Below are positions 1 through 9,900 of a stretch of 64,000 nucleotides of DNA, piece by piece. The stretch comes from Alphaproteobacteria bacterium. GTDB lineage: Bacteria; Pseudomonadota; Alphaproteobacteria; MPNO01. Numbering within the stretch: the stretch's first letter is position 1; each line of letters opens with the position of its first letter. Both the position numbers and the translations under genes were made by a program. Location of the stretch: assembly GCA_965248835.1 (NCBI GenBank), contig CBDFLJ010000001.1, forward strand, positions 32,001 to 96,000, written 5' to 3'. The notes beneath the pieces are model-generated. The model was not told where the DNA came from and searched no databases. It saw nothing but the letters and a program-made list of their open reading frames with translations.

Positions 1-225
1 TATCAGAACGATCGGCGCATGTCCGGTCTGCTGCAACCAATACAGCGACATGATGCCGACCAGGTGGCCGACATGCATGCTCGGCGCCGTCGCATCCACG
101 CCGTGATAGCTTGCAACGGGACCGTTCTGGAGCAGCGCGTCCAAGCGCTCCGGCGATGAGGTTTGATGCAGAAAACCACGCTCGTCCAGAATGCGCAAAA
201 AGTCCGACTTGAATTTATTCCGCAT
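1..225 (-). CDS. tyrS: Tyrosine--tRNA ligase, N-terminal 75 aa (runs off the window edge; absent from the ORF track)
   Basis: Hand translation: [21 protein letters not shown]...[37 protein letters not shown]. Has the alphaproteobacterial FKSDFL..ERG..HQ start and a HIGH-type motif (HVGH). Confidence 0.9.
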   Translation of the reverse strand, partial: MRNKFKSDFLRILDERGFLHQTSSPERLDALLQNGPVASYHGVDATAPSMHVGHLVGIMSLYWLQQTGHAPIVLI

Positions 226-426
226 ATCTCGCTCGACGCATTTTCAGGGGTCGGCCATCAACCGGTCGAGTCACGAATCGGCGTTGATGTCCGACTCGTT
301 GCAGAGATCGCTCAGGCCCTGCACCAGTAAACCCACCTGATATTGAAGAAATTCGGGTCTTTTCTCGTCTCGTCTCTGTTCAAACGCCATGTGTAGTCTG
401 CGGCATCCTTTCTGTCGAGCGTTGCG

Positions 427-843
427 ATGACCGTGTTGAGCGCATCCATTGTCGGTCTCTGTGCCGCGGATCATGGAAACGAACCGGAAATTGTCGCGCG
501 ATGGCTCGCGAACAAAACGCCGCGCGATGTCCGCACGTGAATCGAGGCGCCCGGGCGTGTAATCGTCGCGGAGGAGTACGGACGGATCGTCGGCGTGGGC
601 GCGGCAGTGGCTTCCGGCAAGATCACCCTGAACTACGTGCTGCCGGAGGCGCGCTTTCGTGGCGTGAGCAAGGCGGTGTTGAGCGCCTTGGAGGCGTATC
701 TCCGCGCGGAGGGGCACGTGCGCAGCACACTCTCCAGCACGCGCACCGCTCATCGGTTCTATCGTGAGGCGGGATACGTCGGCGCGGGTGAGCCGCAGAG
801 TTGGTGCGGGCTCACCGCATTTCCGATGATCAAGGATTTCTAG
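427..843 (+). pseudogene. GNAT family N-acetyltransferase with an in-frame TGA at 538-540 and a probably truncated 5' end
   Basis: Frame reads MTVLSASIVGLCAADHGNEPEIVARWLANKTPRDVRT*IEAPGRVIVAEE...YVLPEARFRGVSKAVL...AHRFYREAGY. Acetyl-CoA motif A and the FY..GY motif lie downstream of the stop. Confidence 0.75.
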
Positions 844-1053
844 ACGGCAGGCGCTGGCGGGTTCAACGTCGCCGGCGGCGAACCTGGTGCGCCGACCAAC
901 CTACGTGCGGGGATCGTCCGTCGCTGCGGCGCGCCAGCTTGCCCTGTGCGCAGGGTTGCGCCAACTTGGCGGGAGACGGGACGCGGATCGAGGCGAGAAC
1001 GATCCGGGGTTCTTCTTTCAAGGAGACAGCCGCCCGATGACGGGACGCGGCGT

Positions 1054-2040
1054 ATGACGGCGCGGACCATGGTCGTCCTTGCAGTGATGCTGGCGCTTGG
1101 CACGGCGGCGGCGAAAGCCGAAGGCGTGGGGTTCCGAGACGTTGCGGTCGAGATTGACGGTGAGAGGCTGGTCGCCGCGCTCTGGTATCCGACCGACGCA
1201 CCGTCCGGCCGGACGATTATCGGCCCTTTCGCCATGACGGCGACCCGAGACGCGCCCGTCAGCGCCGGACAATACGGCCTGGTGCTGATATCGCATGGGA
1301 CCGGCGGGGGCCGCCTCAATCACCGCGGCACGGCGATCCGGCTTGTCGAGGGCGGCTACATCGTGGCGGCGCCGGAGCATGGCGGCGACAATTGGCGCGA
1401 CGACAGGCATAGCGGCGCAGCGGCCAATTGGCGCCGGCGTCCCCGCCAACTGAGCGCGACCCTGGATCGGCTTCTCGGCGACCCGGAGTTCGGCCGACGT
1501 ATCGACCCGAAGCGCATCGGGGCCATCGGTCACTCGGCCGGCGGCTACAGCGTGCTCGCGCTGATCGGCGGCCGGGCGGACATGTCCGTCCTTGCGCGCC
1601 ATTGCACGCGGCAGCGGAAGAAGGACCCCGTGTTCTGCGGCTATGGCCGGCCCGACGGGCGCGCAGATGGCGCGATGCCCGACCTCTCCGACCGGCGGGT
1701 GGGCGCCGTCGTGGCGGTCGCGCCGGTCGGCGCGGTCTTCGGCGAGGGCGCTTTCGCGGGTGTCGAGGCGCCGGCGCAGATCCATCGCCTCGAAGCCGAC
1801 CGCGTGTTGCGCCGACCCTGGCACGAGGACAACATCATCAAACTGATGGGAGACAAGGCGCGCCTCGTCGTGCACCCGAAGGCCCATCACTTCGCTTTCC
1901 TCTCGCCCTTCCCGGCTGCTCTGATCGATGAAATCGGCGCACCGGCGCGCGATCCCGCAGGCTTTGACCGCCGTGTGTTTCTCGCCGCGATAGACCGGCG
2001 GATTCTACGTTTCCTGGACGACGCTCTATCGGCGCCCTGA
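1054..2040 (+). CDS. Secreted alpha/beta hydrolase (dienelactone hydrolase-like)
   Basis: Signal-peptide-like N-terminus (..TAAAKA), SHGTGG oxyanion motif, GHSAGG nucleophile elbow, AHHFAF His motif. Confidence 0.8.
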   Translation: MTARTMVVLAVMLALGTAAAKAEGVGFRDVAVEIDGERLVAALWYPTDAPSGRTIIGPFAMTATRDAPVSAGQYGLVLISHGTGGGRLNHRGTAIRLVEGGYIVAAPEHGGDNWRDDRHSGAAANWRRRPRQLSATLDRLLGDPEFGRRIDPKRIGAIGHSAGGYSVLALIGGRADMSVLARHCTRQRKKDPVFCGYGRPDGRADGAMPDLSDRRVGAVVAVAPVGAVFGEGAFAGVEAPAQIHRLEADRVLRRPWHEDNIIKLMGDKARLVVHPKAHHFAFLSPFPAALIDEIGAPARDPAGFDRRVFLAAIDRRILRFLDDALSAP

Positions 2041-2226
2041 GGGCCTATTCCGCCGGGGCTGCGGAGCGGTCCACCGGGAGCCCGCGGCAGGAACACGCGT
2101 CAGCGTCCCGGGAAGCGGTGCAGCGAGGCGGTCGCGCGGGGCCGCCCGTATCGGGGAACCAGGCACCGACCGGTTGTCCGGCGCGAGTCTCGTCATGCGG
2201 CGCGCTGTCTCCGCGCCGCGCGCCCG

Positions 2227-3408
2227 CTATCCGGTCTGCAGCAGCGAGTAGCGCTCGTCGGCGGCCAGGCATTCGGCCTCGGGAAGGCCGAGCTCCTTGC
2301 GCACGATATTGGTCCCCAACACCAGCGAGACCGTCTTGTAGCGGGCATGGCGCCGGCTCATGCCTTCGCGCCCCATGCCGCAGTCCGAGCACAGGATCAG
2401 CCGTTCGGCGGGCACGTGCTTGAGCGCCTCGCGGATGTTCGCGGCGATCTCCTCGGGACGCTCCACTTGCAACGTATGGTGGTCGATCATGCCGATGGCC
2501 ACCTTCTTGTCGGTGATCACCTCGCCGATCGCCTTGAGATCGATATGGCCCGAGCTGCAGGACTCGAAAGTGATCACGTCGGCATCGACCTGATTGAGGT
2601 ATTCGAGCGTCGGGGCGTAGCTCTGCACCTCGACGAACATGCGCTGCTGCGAGGGATTGCCCCAGCAGGTGTGGCACCAGACCTCCGTCTTGTCGCGCAG
2701 CCCCTTGACCGTGTTGTCGAAGACGTCGACCAGCGCCCGGGCATCGAGCTTGCCGAAGGCCGGCCCGCGCACCGGCGTCATGTGGATCTGCGGCTCCTCG
2801 AGCTGGATGACCGGACAGCCGGCATCGGCGAGCGCGTCGAGCTCGGCGTTCAGCGCCGCGCTCAGCGCCATGACCCGCTCGACCGGATCCTTGTAGAACC
2901 TGTCCTCGACCGCGGCCGCCAGGATCTCGGGCACGATGGTGCCGAACTTCACCGGCTTGCCGGTCATCCGCTGGGCGGTCTTCCACATCGCGGTGTATTG
3001 CAGGTCGCCGGGCCCGACGGCTCCGACGATCGCCGGCATCACCCGGGCTTCGAGGTAGTCGTGGAGGATGTGGCCGCGCGGGAAGCCGACCCCGCCCATG
3101 CGGTAGACCGCGGCCTCCGGCGCGGCCCTGTCGAAGCCGGCCATGTGGTAGGGCGGGTAGCTGGTCCAGCTCTGACCGCCGACTTCGTTGTCGTAATGGG
3201 CGTCGCCGTCGGTGAGGATGTCGAGCCCGGCGGTCTCCTGGTCGTTGACATAGACCGCCACCGTATCGGTGTATTGCTCGCGGAACCGTGCATCGACCAT
3301 GGCGTGGAGGAACGACCGGGGCCCGAGGTTCTCGGTATACCAGCTCGGCCGCGGCAGCGAGCCGATCAGCGCGGTTGGCAGCACGGCATCGGCGGTGGCG
3401 CGGTACAT
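2227..3408 (-). CDS. Cobalamin-independent methionine synthase II family (single-barrel MetE/XecA-like) Zn protein
   Basis: GSLPRP start, DQETAGLDILTDG, Zn ligands HTCWGN, ESC and SDCG. 393 aa from ATG at 3408. Confidence 0.85.
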   Translation of the reverse strand: MYRATADAVLPTALIGSLPRPSWYTENLGPRSFLHAMVDARFREQYTDTVAVYVNDQETAGLDILTDGDAHYDNEVGGQSWTSYPPYHMAGFDRAAPEAAVYRMGGVGFPRGHILHDYLEARVMPAIVGAVGPGDLQYTAMWKTAQRMTGKPVKFGTIVPEILAAAVEDRFYKDPVERVMALSAALNAELDALADAGCPVIQLEEPQIHMTPVRGPAFGKLDARALVDVFDNTVKGLRDKTEVWCHTCWGNPSQQRMFVEVQSYAPTLEYLNQVDADVITFESCSSGHIDLKAIGEVITDKKVAIGMIDHHTLQVERPEEIAANIREALKHVPAERLILCSDCGMGREGMSRRHARYKTVSLVLGTNIVRKELGLPEAECLAADERYSLLQTG

Positions 3409-3603
3409 GGCGAAGGCCCTTCGGTTACGGGATTCCAGCCGCCTGCTCGACGGCAAATGGAATCCTTGGTCACGCCGGCACGTCGAGGCAAGCGAAATCC
3501 GCGCGCGGGCGGCCGGGCGGTCCGCAACCCTCCATTGAGCGATCGTAGCGGCTCGGCTACAAGGACGAGATAGCGACATGTCGCATCGAGCGGTGGGACG
3601 GGG

Positions 3604-4365
3604 ATGGCATCGGTAAGACCCGCGGCGCTGGTGACCGGCTCGGCGACCGGGATAGGCCGGGCAGAGGCGATCGCGCTCGCCGGCGCCGGCTATGATGTCG
3701 TCGTCAACTACAGCCGCAGCGAGACCGCAGCGCGCGAGACCGCTTCGGCCTGCGAGGCCGCCGGCGCCCGTACCTTGGTCGTCGCCTGCGACGTTGCCGA
3801 CAACGCAGCGGTCGCGGCGATGGTCGAGGAGACGCACAAGGCGTTCGGCCGGCTCGACGTGCTGTGCAACAACGCCGGCATCACGTCCAGGACCGCATTC
3901 AAAGACCTCGACAGCATGGATTGGGCCGATTGGGACCGCGTGTTCTCGGTCAACGTGCGCGGCCTCGTCCAGGTAAGCCGCGCCTGCGTGCCGATGTTGC
4001 GCGCGGCCAGGGGGACGATCGTCAACACCGCGAGCATCGTGGGCCTCAGGCCCGGGCCGCAGCCGCTCGCCTATTCCGCGTCCAAGGCGAGCGTGGTCTC
4101 GCTGACCAGGACGCTGGCTTTGGCGCTCGGCCCCGACATCCGGGTCAACGCGGTCGCGCCGGGCTGGATGGAAGGCGATTGGATGGCACGCATGCTGGGC
4201 GAAAACTACGACCGGCTGATGGAGCGCCGGTCCCGGATGACGCCGCTCCAGCGCTGTGTGACCGCCGAGGATGTCGCCGAGACGATGCTCTCGCTCGTCC
4301 AGGCGAACCGTTTCGTCACCGGCGAGATCGTCGTCGTCGACGGCGGGTTCGCCGCATCGACCTGA
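3604..4365 (+). CDS. Short-chain dehydrogenase/reductase (SDR)
   Basis: TGSATGIG, NNAG, YSASK and VNAVAPG motifs. Confidence 0.92.
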   Translation: MASVRPAALVTGSATGIGRAEAIALAGAGYDVVVNYSRSETAARETASACEAAGARTLVVACDVADNAAVAAMVEETHKAFGRLDVLCNNAGITSRTAFKDLDSMDWADWDRVFSVNVRGLVQVSRACVPMLRAARGTIVNTASIVGLRPGPQPLAYSASKASVVSLTRTLALALGPDIRVNAVAPGWMEGDWMARMLGENYDRLMERRSRMTPLQRCVTAEDVAETMLSLVQANRFVTGEIVVVDGGFAAST

Positions 4366-4391
4366 ACGCAGCGAGCAAAGGGAGGACCGGC

Positions 4392-6038
4392 ATGCTCGAA
4401 GGCGTTGTCCCGTTTCCGCCGGATTTCGCAGCCCGATACCGCGAGAAAGGCTATTGGGACGACCGGTCGTTGCGCGATCAATTCAAGGACGTCTTCGCCC
4501 GTCACGCCGAGCGCGTCGCGGTGATCGACGGCGATGTGATCGCAACCTATCGCGACCTCGACGAGCGGTCGCAGCGTCTCGCGCTCAACCTGCTCGACCT
4601 CGGGATCCGGCCGCTCGACCGCGTGGTGGTGCTGCTGCCGAACGTGATCGAGTTCGTCTATCTCTACTTCGCGCTGCAGAAGATCGGCGCCATCCCGATC
4701 TGCGCGCTGGCTGCGCACCGGTATCTGGAGGTCAACCAGTTCACCGCGATCGCACAGGCCAGGGCTTGCGTCGCGCCGGACCGGTTGGGCGATTTCGCGT
4801 TCGCACCGATGATCGAACGTGTGGCGGCCGGCAACGACTGTCTCGCCCACCGCATCATCCTGGGCGAGGCCCCCGCCGGCTGCCATTCGCTGCGCGACCT
4901 CCTTGACAGGACGCCGAAGAGCACGGCGGCGGATCTCGAGGCGATCGCGATCGACCCCACCGATCCGGCCGTCTTTCAGCTTTCGGGCGGGACCACCGGG
5001 GTGCCGAAGCTCATCCCGCGGACCCACAACGACTATTTCTGCAACTCGCGGCTCGCGGTCTCGGTGACCGAGGTGGGTCCGCAGAGCTGTCTGCTGCTGG
5101 TGCTGCCGATCGGCCACAACCTGCCGCTCGCCTGCCCCGGGCTGCAGGGTTTCCTGATCCAGGGCGGGCGCGTGGTGCTGTCGACCTCGCCGCGCGCGCC
5201 GGACGTCTTCCGGCTGGTGGAGGCGCACAAGGTCAGCCACATCCACTGCGTGCCCGCGCTCCTGATCCGCTGGATCAACGACCCCGGCATCGGCGACTAC
5301 GACCTGTCCTCGCTGCGCATGATCCAGTCCGGCGGCCAGCGGCTCCAGCCCGAGGTCAGGCTGCGCACCAGGGAGCTGATCCCGAGCGTGTTCGTCCAGG
5401 AGAACTTCGGCATGTCCGAAGGCACGATCATGTTCGTGCGCCGCGGCGATCCTCCGGATGTCCAACTCGAGACCGTCGGCCGGCCGGTCTGCCCCGACGA
5501 CGAGGTGCGGCTGATCGACGATGACGGCAACGAGGTGCCGTTCGGCGAGGTCGGCGAGCTCTGCGTGCGCGGCCCCTACACACTGCGCGGCTATTACGGC
5601 GTGCCGGAGCACAACGCGATGGCGTTCACCGCCGATGGGTTCTACTGCTCCGGCGATCTGATGCGCCAGCACCGGTCGGGCAACTACATGGTCGAGGGCC
5701 GCAAGAAGGACGTCATCAACCGCGGCGGCGAGAAGATCTCCGCCGAGGAGATCGAGAACCTGATCCTCCAGCATCCCGGCGTCCAGAACGTCGCCTGCGT
5801 CGCGATGCCCGACCCGGTCCTGGGCGAGCGCATGTGCGCCTGCGTGATCCCGCGCGCGGGGATGGACGTGGCGTTCGATGACCTGCTCGCCTTCCTGAGC
5901 GCGAAGGAGTTCGCCAAGCACAAGCTCCCCGAACGGCTCGAACTGATGGACGATTTCCCGCTGTCGAATTTCGGCAAGGTGTCCAAGAAGGCCCTGGTGG
6001 AGATGGTAAGCGGCAAGCTCCGGGCCGAGGCGGGATAG
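4392..6038 (+). CDS. Aryl-acid adenylating enzyme / CoA ligase (DhbE/EntE/salicylate-AMP ligase family)
   Basis: FQLSGGTTGVPKLIPRTHNDY, HNLPLACPG, FGMSEG, GRKKDVINRGGEKI. GGAGG RBS upstream of ATG 4392. Confidence 0.88.
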   Translation: MLEGVVPFPPDFAARYREKGYWDDRSLRDQFKDVFARHAERVAVIDGDVIATYRDLDERSQRLALNLLDLGIRPLDRVVVLLPNVIEFVYLYFALQKIGAIPICALAAHRYLEVNQFTAIAQARACVAPDRLGDFAFAPMIERVAAGNDCLAHRIILGEAPAGCHSLRDLLDRTPKSTAADLEAIAIDPTDPAVFQLSGGTTGVPKLIPRTHNDYFCNSRLAVSVTEVGPQSCLLLVLPIGHNLPLACPGLQGFLIQGGRVVLSTSPRAPDVFRLVEAHKVSHIHCVPALLIRWINDPGIGDYDLSSLRMIQSGGQRLQPEVRLRTRELIPSVFVQENFGMSEGTIMFVRRGDPPDVQLETVGRPVCPDDEVRLIDDDGNEVPFGEVGELCVRGPYTLRGYYGVPEHNAMAFTADGFYCSGDLMRQHRSGNYMVEGRKKDVINRGGEKISAEEIENLILQHPGVQNVACVAMPDPVLGERMCACVIPRAGMDVAFDDLLAFLSAKEFAKHKLPERLELMDDFPLSNFGKVSKKALVEMVSGKLRAEAG

Positions 6039-6054
6039 AAGGGGCCGGGACGCG

Positions 6055-6897
6055 ATGCGGATCATCGACCTCCACTGCTACACCAACACCCAGCCATGGA
6101 TCGATTGCCAGGGACCCTATGTCGAGGCCTTGGCCGCATATTGGAAGCGCGCCTGGACGGCGAAGGAGGAGGACGAGGTCATCGCCGAGTTCGCCGAGGC
6201 CGGTGTCGACGCCGTCCTCGTCGCGCTTGACCTCGAGACCACGGTGGCCACCCCGCCGTGCTCCAACGACTATGTCGCAGGGATGTGGAAGCGCCACCCA
6301 GACAGGATCATCCAGGCCTGGGCCGCGGTCGATCCGTTCAAGGGCGAGATCGCCATCCGCGAGGCCCGGCACGCGATCGAAGACCTCGGCATGCTCGGCT
6401 TCCACTTCCATCCGATCATGGGGCATTTCGCCGTCAACGATGCCCGGCTCTACCCGCTTTGGGAGACCATCGCCGCGCTCGACGTGCCGGTGATGATCGA
6501 TGTCGGCACCACCGGCATGGGGGCCGGCATGCCCGGCGGCATGGGCGCGAGGATCCGCCACGCCCACCCGCTCACCCTCGACGACCTGGCGAGCGACTTC
6601 CCCGACCTCAGGATCGTCGCCGCTCACCCGGGCTGGCCGTGGGGCAAGGAGATGACCGCGGTAGCCCTCCACAAGGGCAACGTATACTGGGAGCTGTCGG
6701 GCTGGGCGCCGAGATATTTCCCCGATTCGCTCAAGCGCGACGTGCGCGGCCGGCTCAAGGACAAGATCATGTTCGGCAGCGACTATCCGAGCCTGCCCTA
6801 TGAGCGGATCTTTCGCGAATGGGACGAGCTCGGCTACACGCCGGAGATCATGGAGAAGGTCTTCCACAAGAACGCCGAAGACTTTCTCGGGTTGTGA
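6055..6897 (+). CDS. Amidohydrolase_2 family protein
   Basis: IDLHC start, GFHFHP, AHPGWPW and FGSDYP motifs. Confidence 0.85.
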   Translation: MRIIDLHCYTNTQPWIDCQGPYVEALAAYWKRAWTAKEEDEVIAEFAEAGVDAVLVALDLETTVATPPCSNDYVAGMWKRHPDRIIQAWAAVDPFKGEIAIREARHAIEDLGMLGFHFHPIMGHFAVNDARLYPLWETIAALDVPVMIDVGTTGMGAGMPGGMGARIRHAHPLTLDDLASDFPDLRIVAAHPGWPWGKEMTAVALHKGNVYWELSGWAPRYFPDSLKRDVRGRLKDKIMFGSDYPSLPYERIFREWDELGYTPEIMEKVFHKNAEDFLGL

Positions 6898-6949
6898 ACA
6901 CGACGGCGCACCATCACGCGTGCACGTCCAGAGCGGAACGGAGCCCCGG

Positions 6950-9900
6950 GTGCAACGCATACGCAAACTCCTGGTCGCCAACCGCGGCGAGATCGCGATT
7001 CGCGTCATGCGGGCGGCGACCGAGCTCGGCATCCGCACCGTCTCGGTCCATTCGCACGAGGACCGTTTCGCGCTGCACCGCTTCAAGGCCGACGAGAGTT
7101 ACTGGATCGGCCGGTCCAAGCGCCCGGTCGAGGCCTATCTCGACATCGAGGACATGGTCGCGATCGCCCGCATGGCGGGCGCGGACGCGGTCCATCCGGG
7201 CTACGGTTTTCTGTCGGAGAACCCCGATTTCGCCGAGGCGTGCGCCGCTGCCGGGTTGATCTTCATCGGTCCGCCGGCGGCGGTCATGCGCCGGCTGGGC
7301 AACAAGATCTCGGCCCGCGCGCTGGCCCAGGAGGCCGGCGTCCCGGTGGTGCCGGCGAGCGGGCCGCTGCCCGACGATCCGGCGGCGGCGGTGCGCATCG
7401 CCGACGAGATCGGCTTCCCCGTCATGCTCAAGGCGAGTTGGGGCGGCGGCGGGCGCGGCATGCGGGTGATCGCCCACGCGGGCGAGGTGGCCGAGGCCGT
7501 CGAGGCCGCCCGCCGCGAGGCCGCCGCCTCATTCGGCAACGACGAGGTCTATTTCGAGAAGCTGATCGGCAATGCGCGCCATGTCGAGGTCCAGGTGCTC
7601 GCCGACGCGCACGGCTCCATCCTGCACCTGTTCGAGCGCGACTGCACCGTCCAGCGGCGCCATCAGAAGATCGTCGAACGGGCGCCGGCGCCCTATCTCG
7701 ACGACGACATGCGGGCCGCGCTGTGCGAGTCCGCCCGCGCCATCGCCCGGACCGCCGGCTACGTCAACGCCGGCACGGTCGAGTTCCTGCAGGACGCCGA
7801 TTCCGGGCAGTGCTACTTCATCGAGGTCAACCCGCGCATCCAGGTCGAGCACACCGTGACCGAATGCGTAACCGGGATCGACATCGTCAAGGCCCAGATC
7901 CGCATCGCCGAGGGCGCGCGCGCCGGCGATGCCGGCGGCGCCGTGCCCAGCCAGGACGAGATCGCGATCAACGGCCACGCGATCCAGTGCCGGGTGACGA
8001 CGGAGAACCCGGAGCTCGATTTCGCGCCGGACCATGGCCGCATCCACGCCTACCGCAGCGCGTCGGGCTTCGGCATCCGGCTGGATGCCGGCAACGCCTT
8101 CCCCGGTGCGCTGATCACCCCGTACTACGATTCGCTCCTGGTCAAGATCACCGCCTGGGGGCGGACACCGGACGAGGCGGCCACACGGATGGACCGTGCG
8201 CTGCGCGAGTTCCGGGTGCGCGGGGTGGCGACCAACCTCCGCTTCCTCGAAGCGGTGATCGGCCATGCCGATTTCAGGAACGCGCGCTGCACGACGCGTT
8301 TCATCGACCAGACGCCTGAGCTGCTCCGTTTCGCCCCGCGGCGCGACCGGGCGAGCCGGCTGCTGTCCTTCCTGGGCGAGGTGATCGTCAACGGCAACCC
8401 CGAGGTCGCCGGCCACGCGCGCCCGAAGACCGGCCCGGCCGCTCTGCCGCGGCCCGCCGGTGAGGGGATACCGCCCGCCGGGACCCGCCAGAAACTCGCC
8501 GAGCTTGGCGCCGAAGGGCTGGTCCGCTGGGTTGCCGAGCAGGACCGCGTGCTTCTGACCGACACCACATTGCGCGATGCCCACCAGTCGCTGCTGGCGA
8601 CCCGGATGCGGACCCATGACCTCGTGGGCGCGGTGCCGGCCTACGCGCAAGACCTGACCGGACTGTTCTCGCTCGAATGCTGGGGCGGGGCGACGTTCGA
8701 TGTCGCCATGCGATTCCTCAATGAATCGCCCTGGGACCGTCTGGCGCGGATCTCCGAGGCGTGCCCCAACATCCTCCTCCAGATGCTGCTGCGCGGCGCC
8801 AACGCGGTGGGCTACACCAGCTATCCCGACAACGTTGTGCGTCATTTCGTCGGCCAGGCCGCCGAGGCGGGCATCGACGTCTTCCGCATCTTCGATTCGC
8901 TCAACTGGGTCGAGAACATGCGCGTTGCGATCGACGCGGTGCGCGAGACCGGAAAGATCTGCGAAGTCGCGATCTGCTACACCGGCGACGTCGACGACCC
9001 GGCGCGGCGCAAATACGACCTCGGCTACTATGTCGGTCTCGCCCATGAACTCGCCGATGCCGGCACCCAGATCCTCGGCATCAAGGACATGGCCGGGGTC
9101 TGCCGGCCGCAGGCAGCGCGCAAGCTGGTGCATGCGCTGAAAGAGGCGGTCGGCCTGCCGATCCACTTCCACACCCACGACACCAGCGGCATCGCGGCGG
9201 CCAGCGTCCTGGCCGCGGCCGATGCGGGGGCGGACATCGTCGATGCGGCGCTGGATTCGATGAGCGGCCTGACTTCACAGCCCAATCTCGGTGCCATCGT
9301 CGAGGCGCTGCGCCGCGGCCCGCGCGACACCGGCATCGACCCGGCTCGCATTCGCGCGCTGTCGGACTATTTCGAGCAGGTGCGGCGCGCCTACGCGCCG
9401 TTCGAGAGCGACATGCGCTGGGGCGCCTCGGAAGTCTATGTCCACGAGATGCCGGGCGGCCAGTACACCAACCTGCGCCAGCAGGCCGCCGCGCTGGGGC
9501 TCGCCGACCGCTGGCCGGACGTCGCGCGCACCTATGCCGAAGTCAACGCGATGTTCGGCGACGTGATCAAGGTCACGCCGACCTCGAAGACCGTCGGCGA
9601 CATGGCGTTGGCGATGGTCACCCGCGACCTGAGCGTTGAGCAGGTGCTCGACCCGGCGGTCGAGGTGGCGTTCCCGGCCTCGGTGATCTCCTTCTTCCGG
9701 GGTGAGATCGGCCAGCCGCCGGGGGGCTTCCCGGCAGCGTTGCAGGAAAAGGTGCTGGGCGGCGAAGCCCCGCTGACCGTCAGGCCGGGCGCGGTGCTCG
9801 AGCCGGTCGACCTCGCTTCCGAGCTCCGGGACGCGGAGAAGGCCGTCCACCGCCATATCGACGAGCGCGAGCTCGCCTCCTACCTGATGTACCCCAAGGT

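Noticed and set aside
538-540. Selenocysteine or TGA=Trp recoding
   Set aside because: The context suggests Trp rather than Cys, no SECIS-like hairpin was recognised, and TGA terminates many genes here.
3409-3603. SAM-II or cobalamin riboswitch before the MetE-like gene
   Set aside because: Consensus elements were not recognisable by eye, only a generic hairpin. An Infernal scan would settle it.
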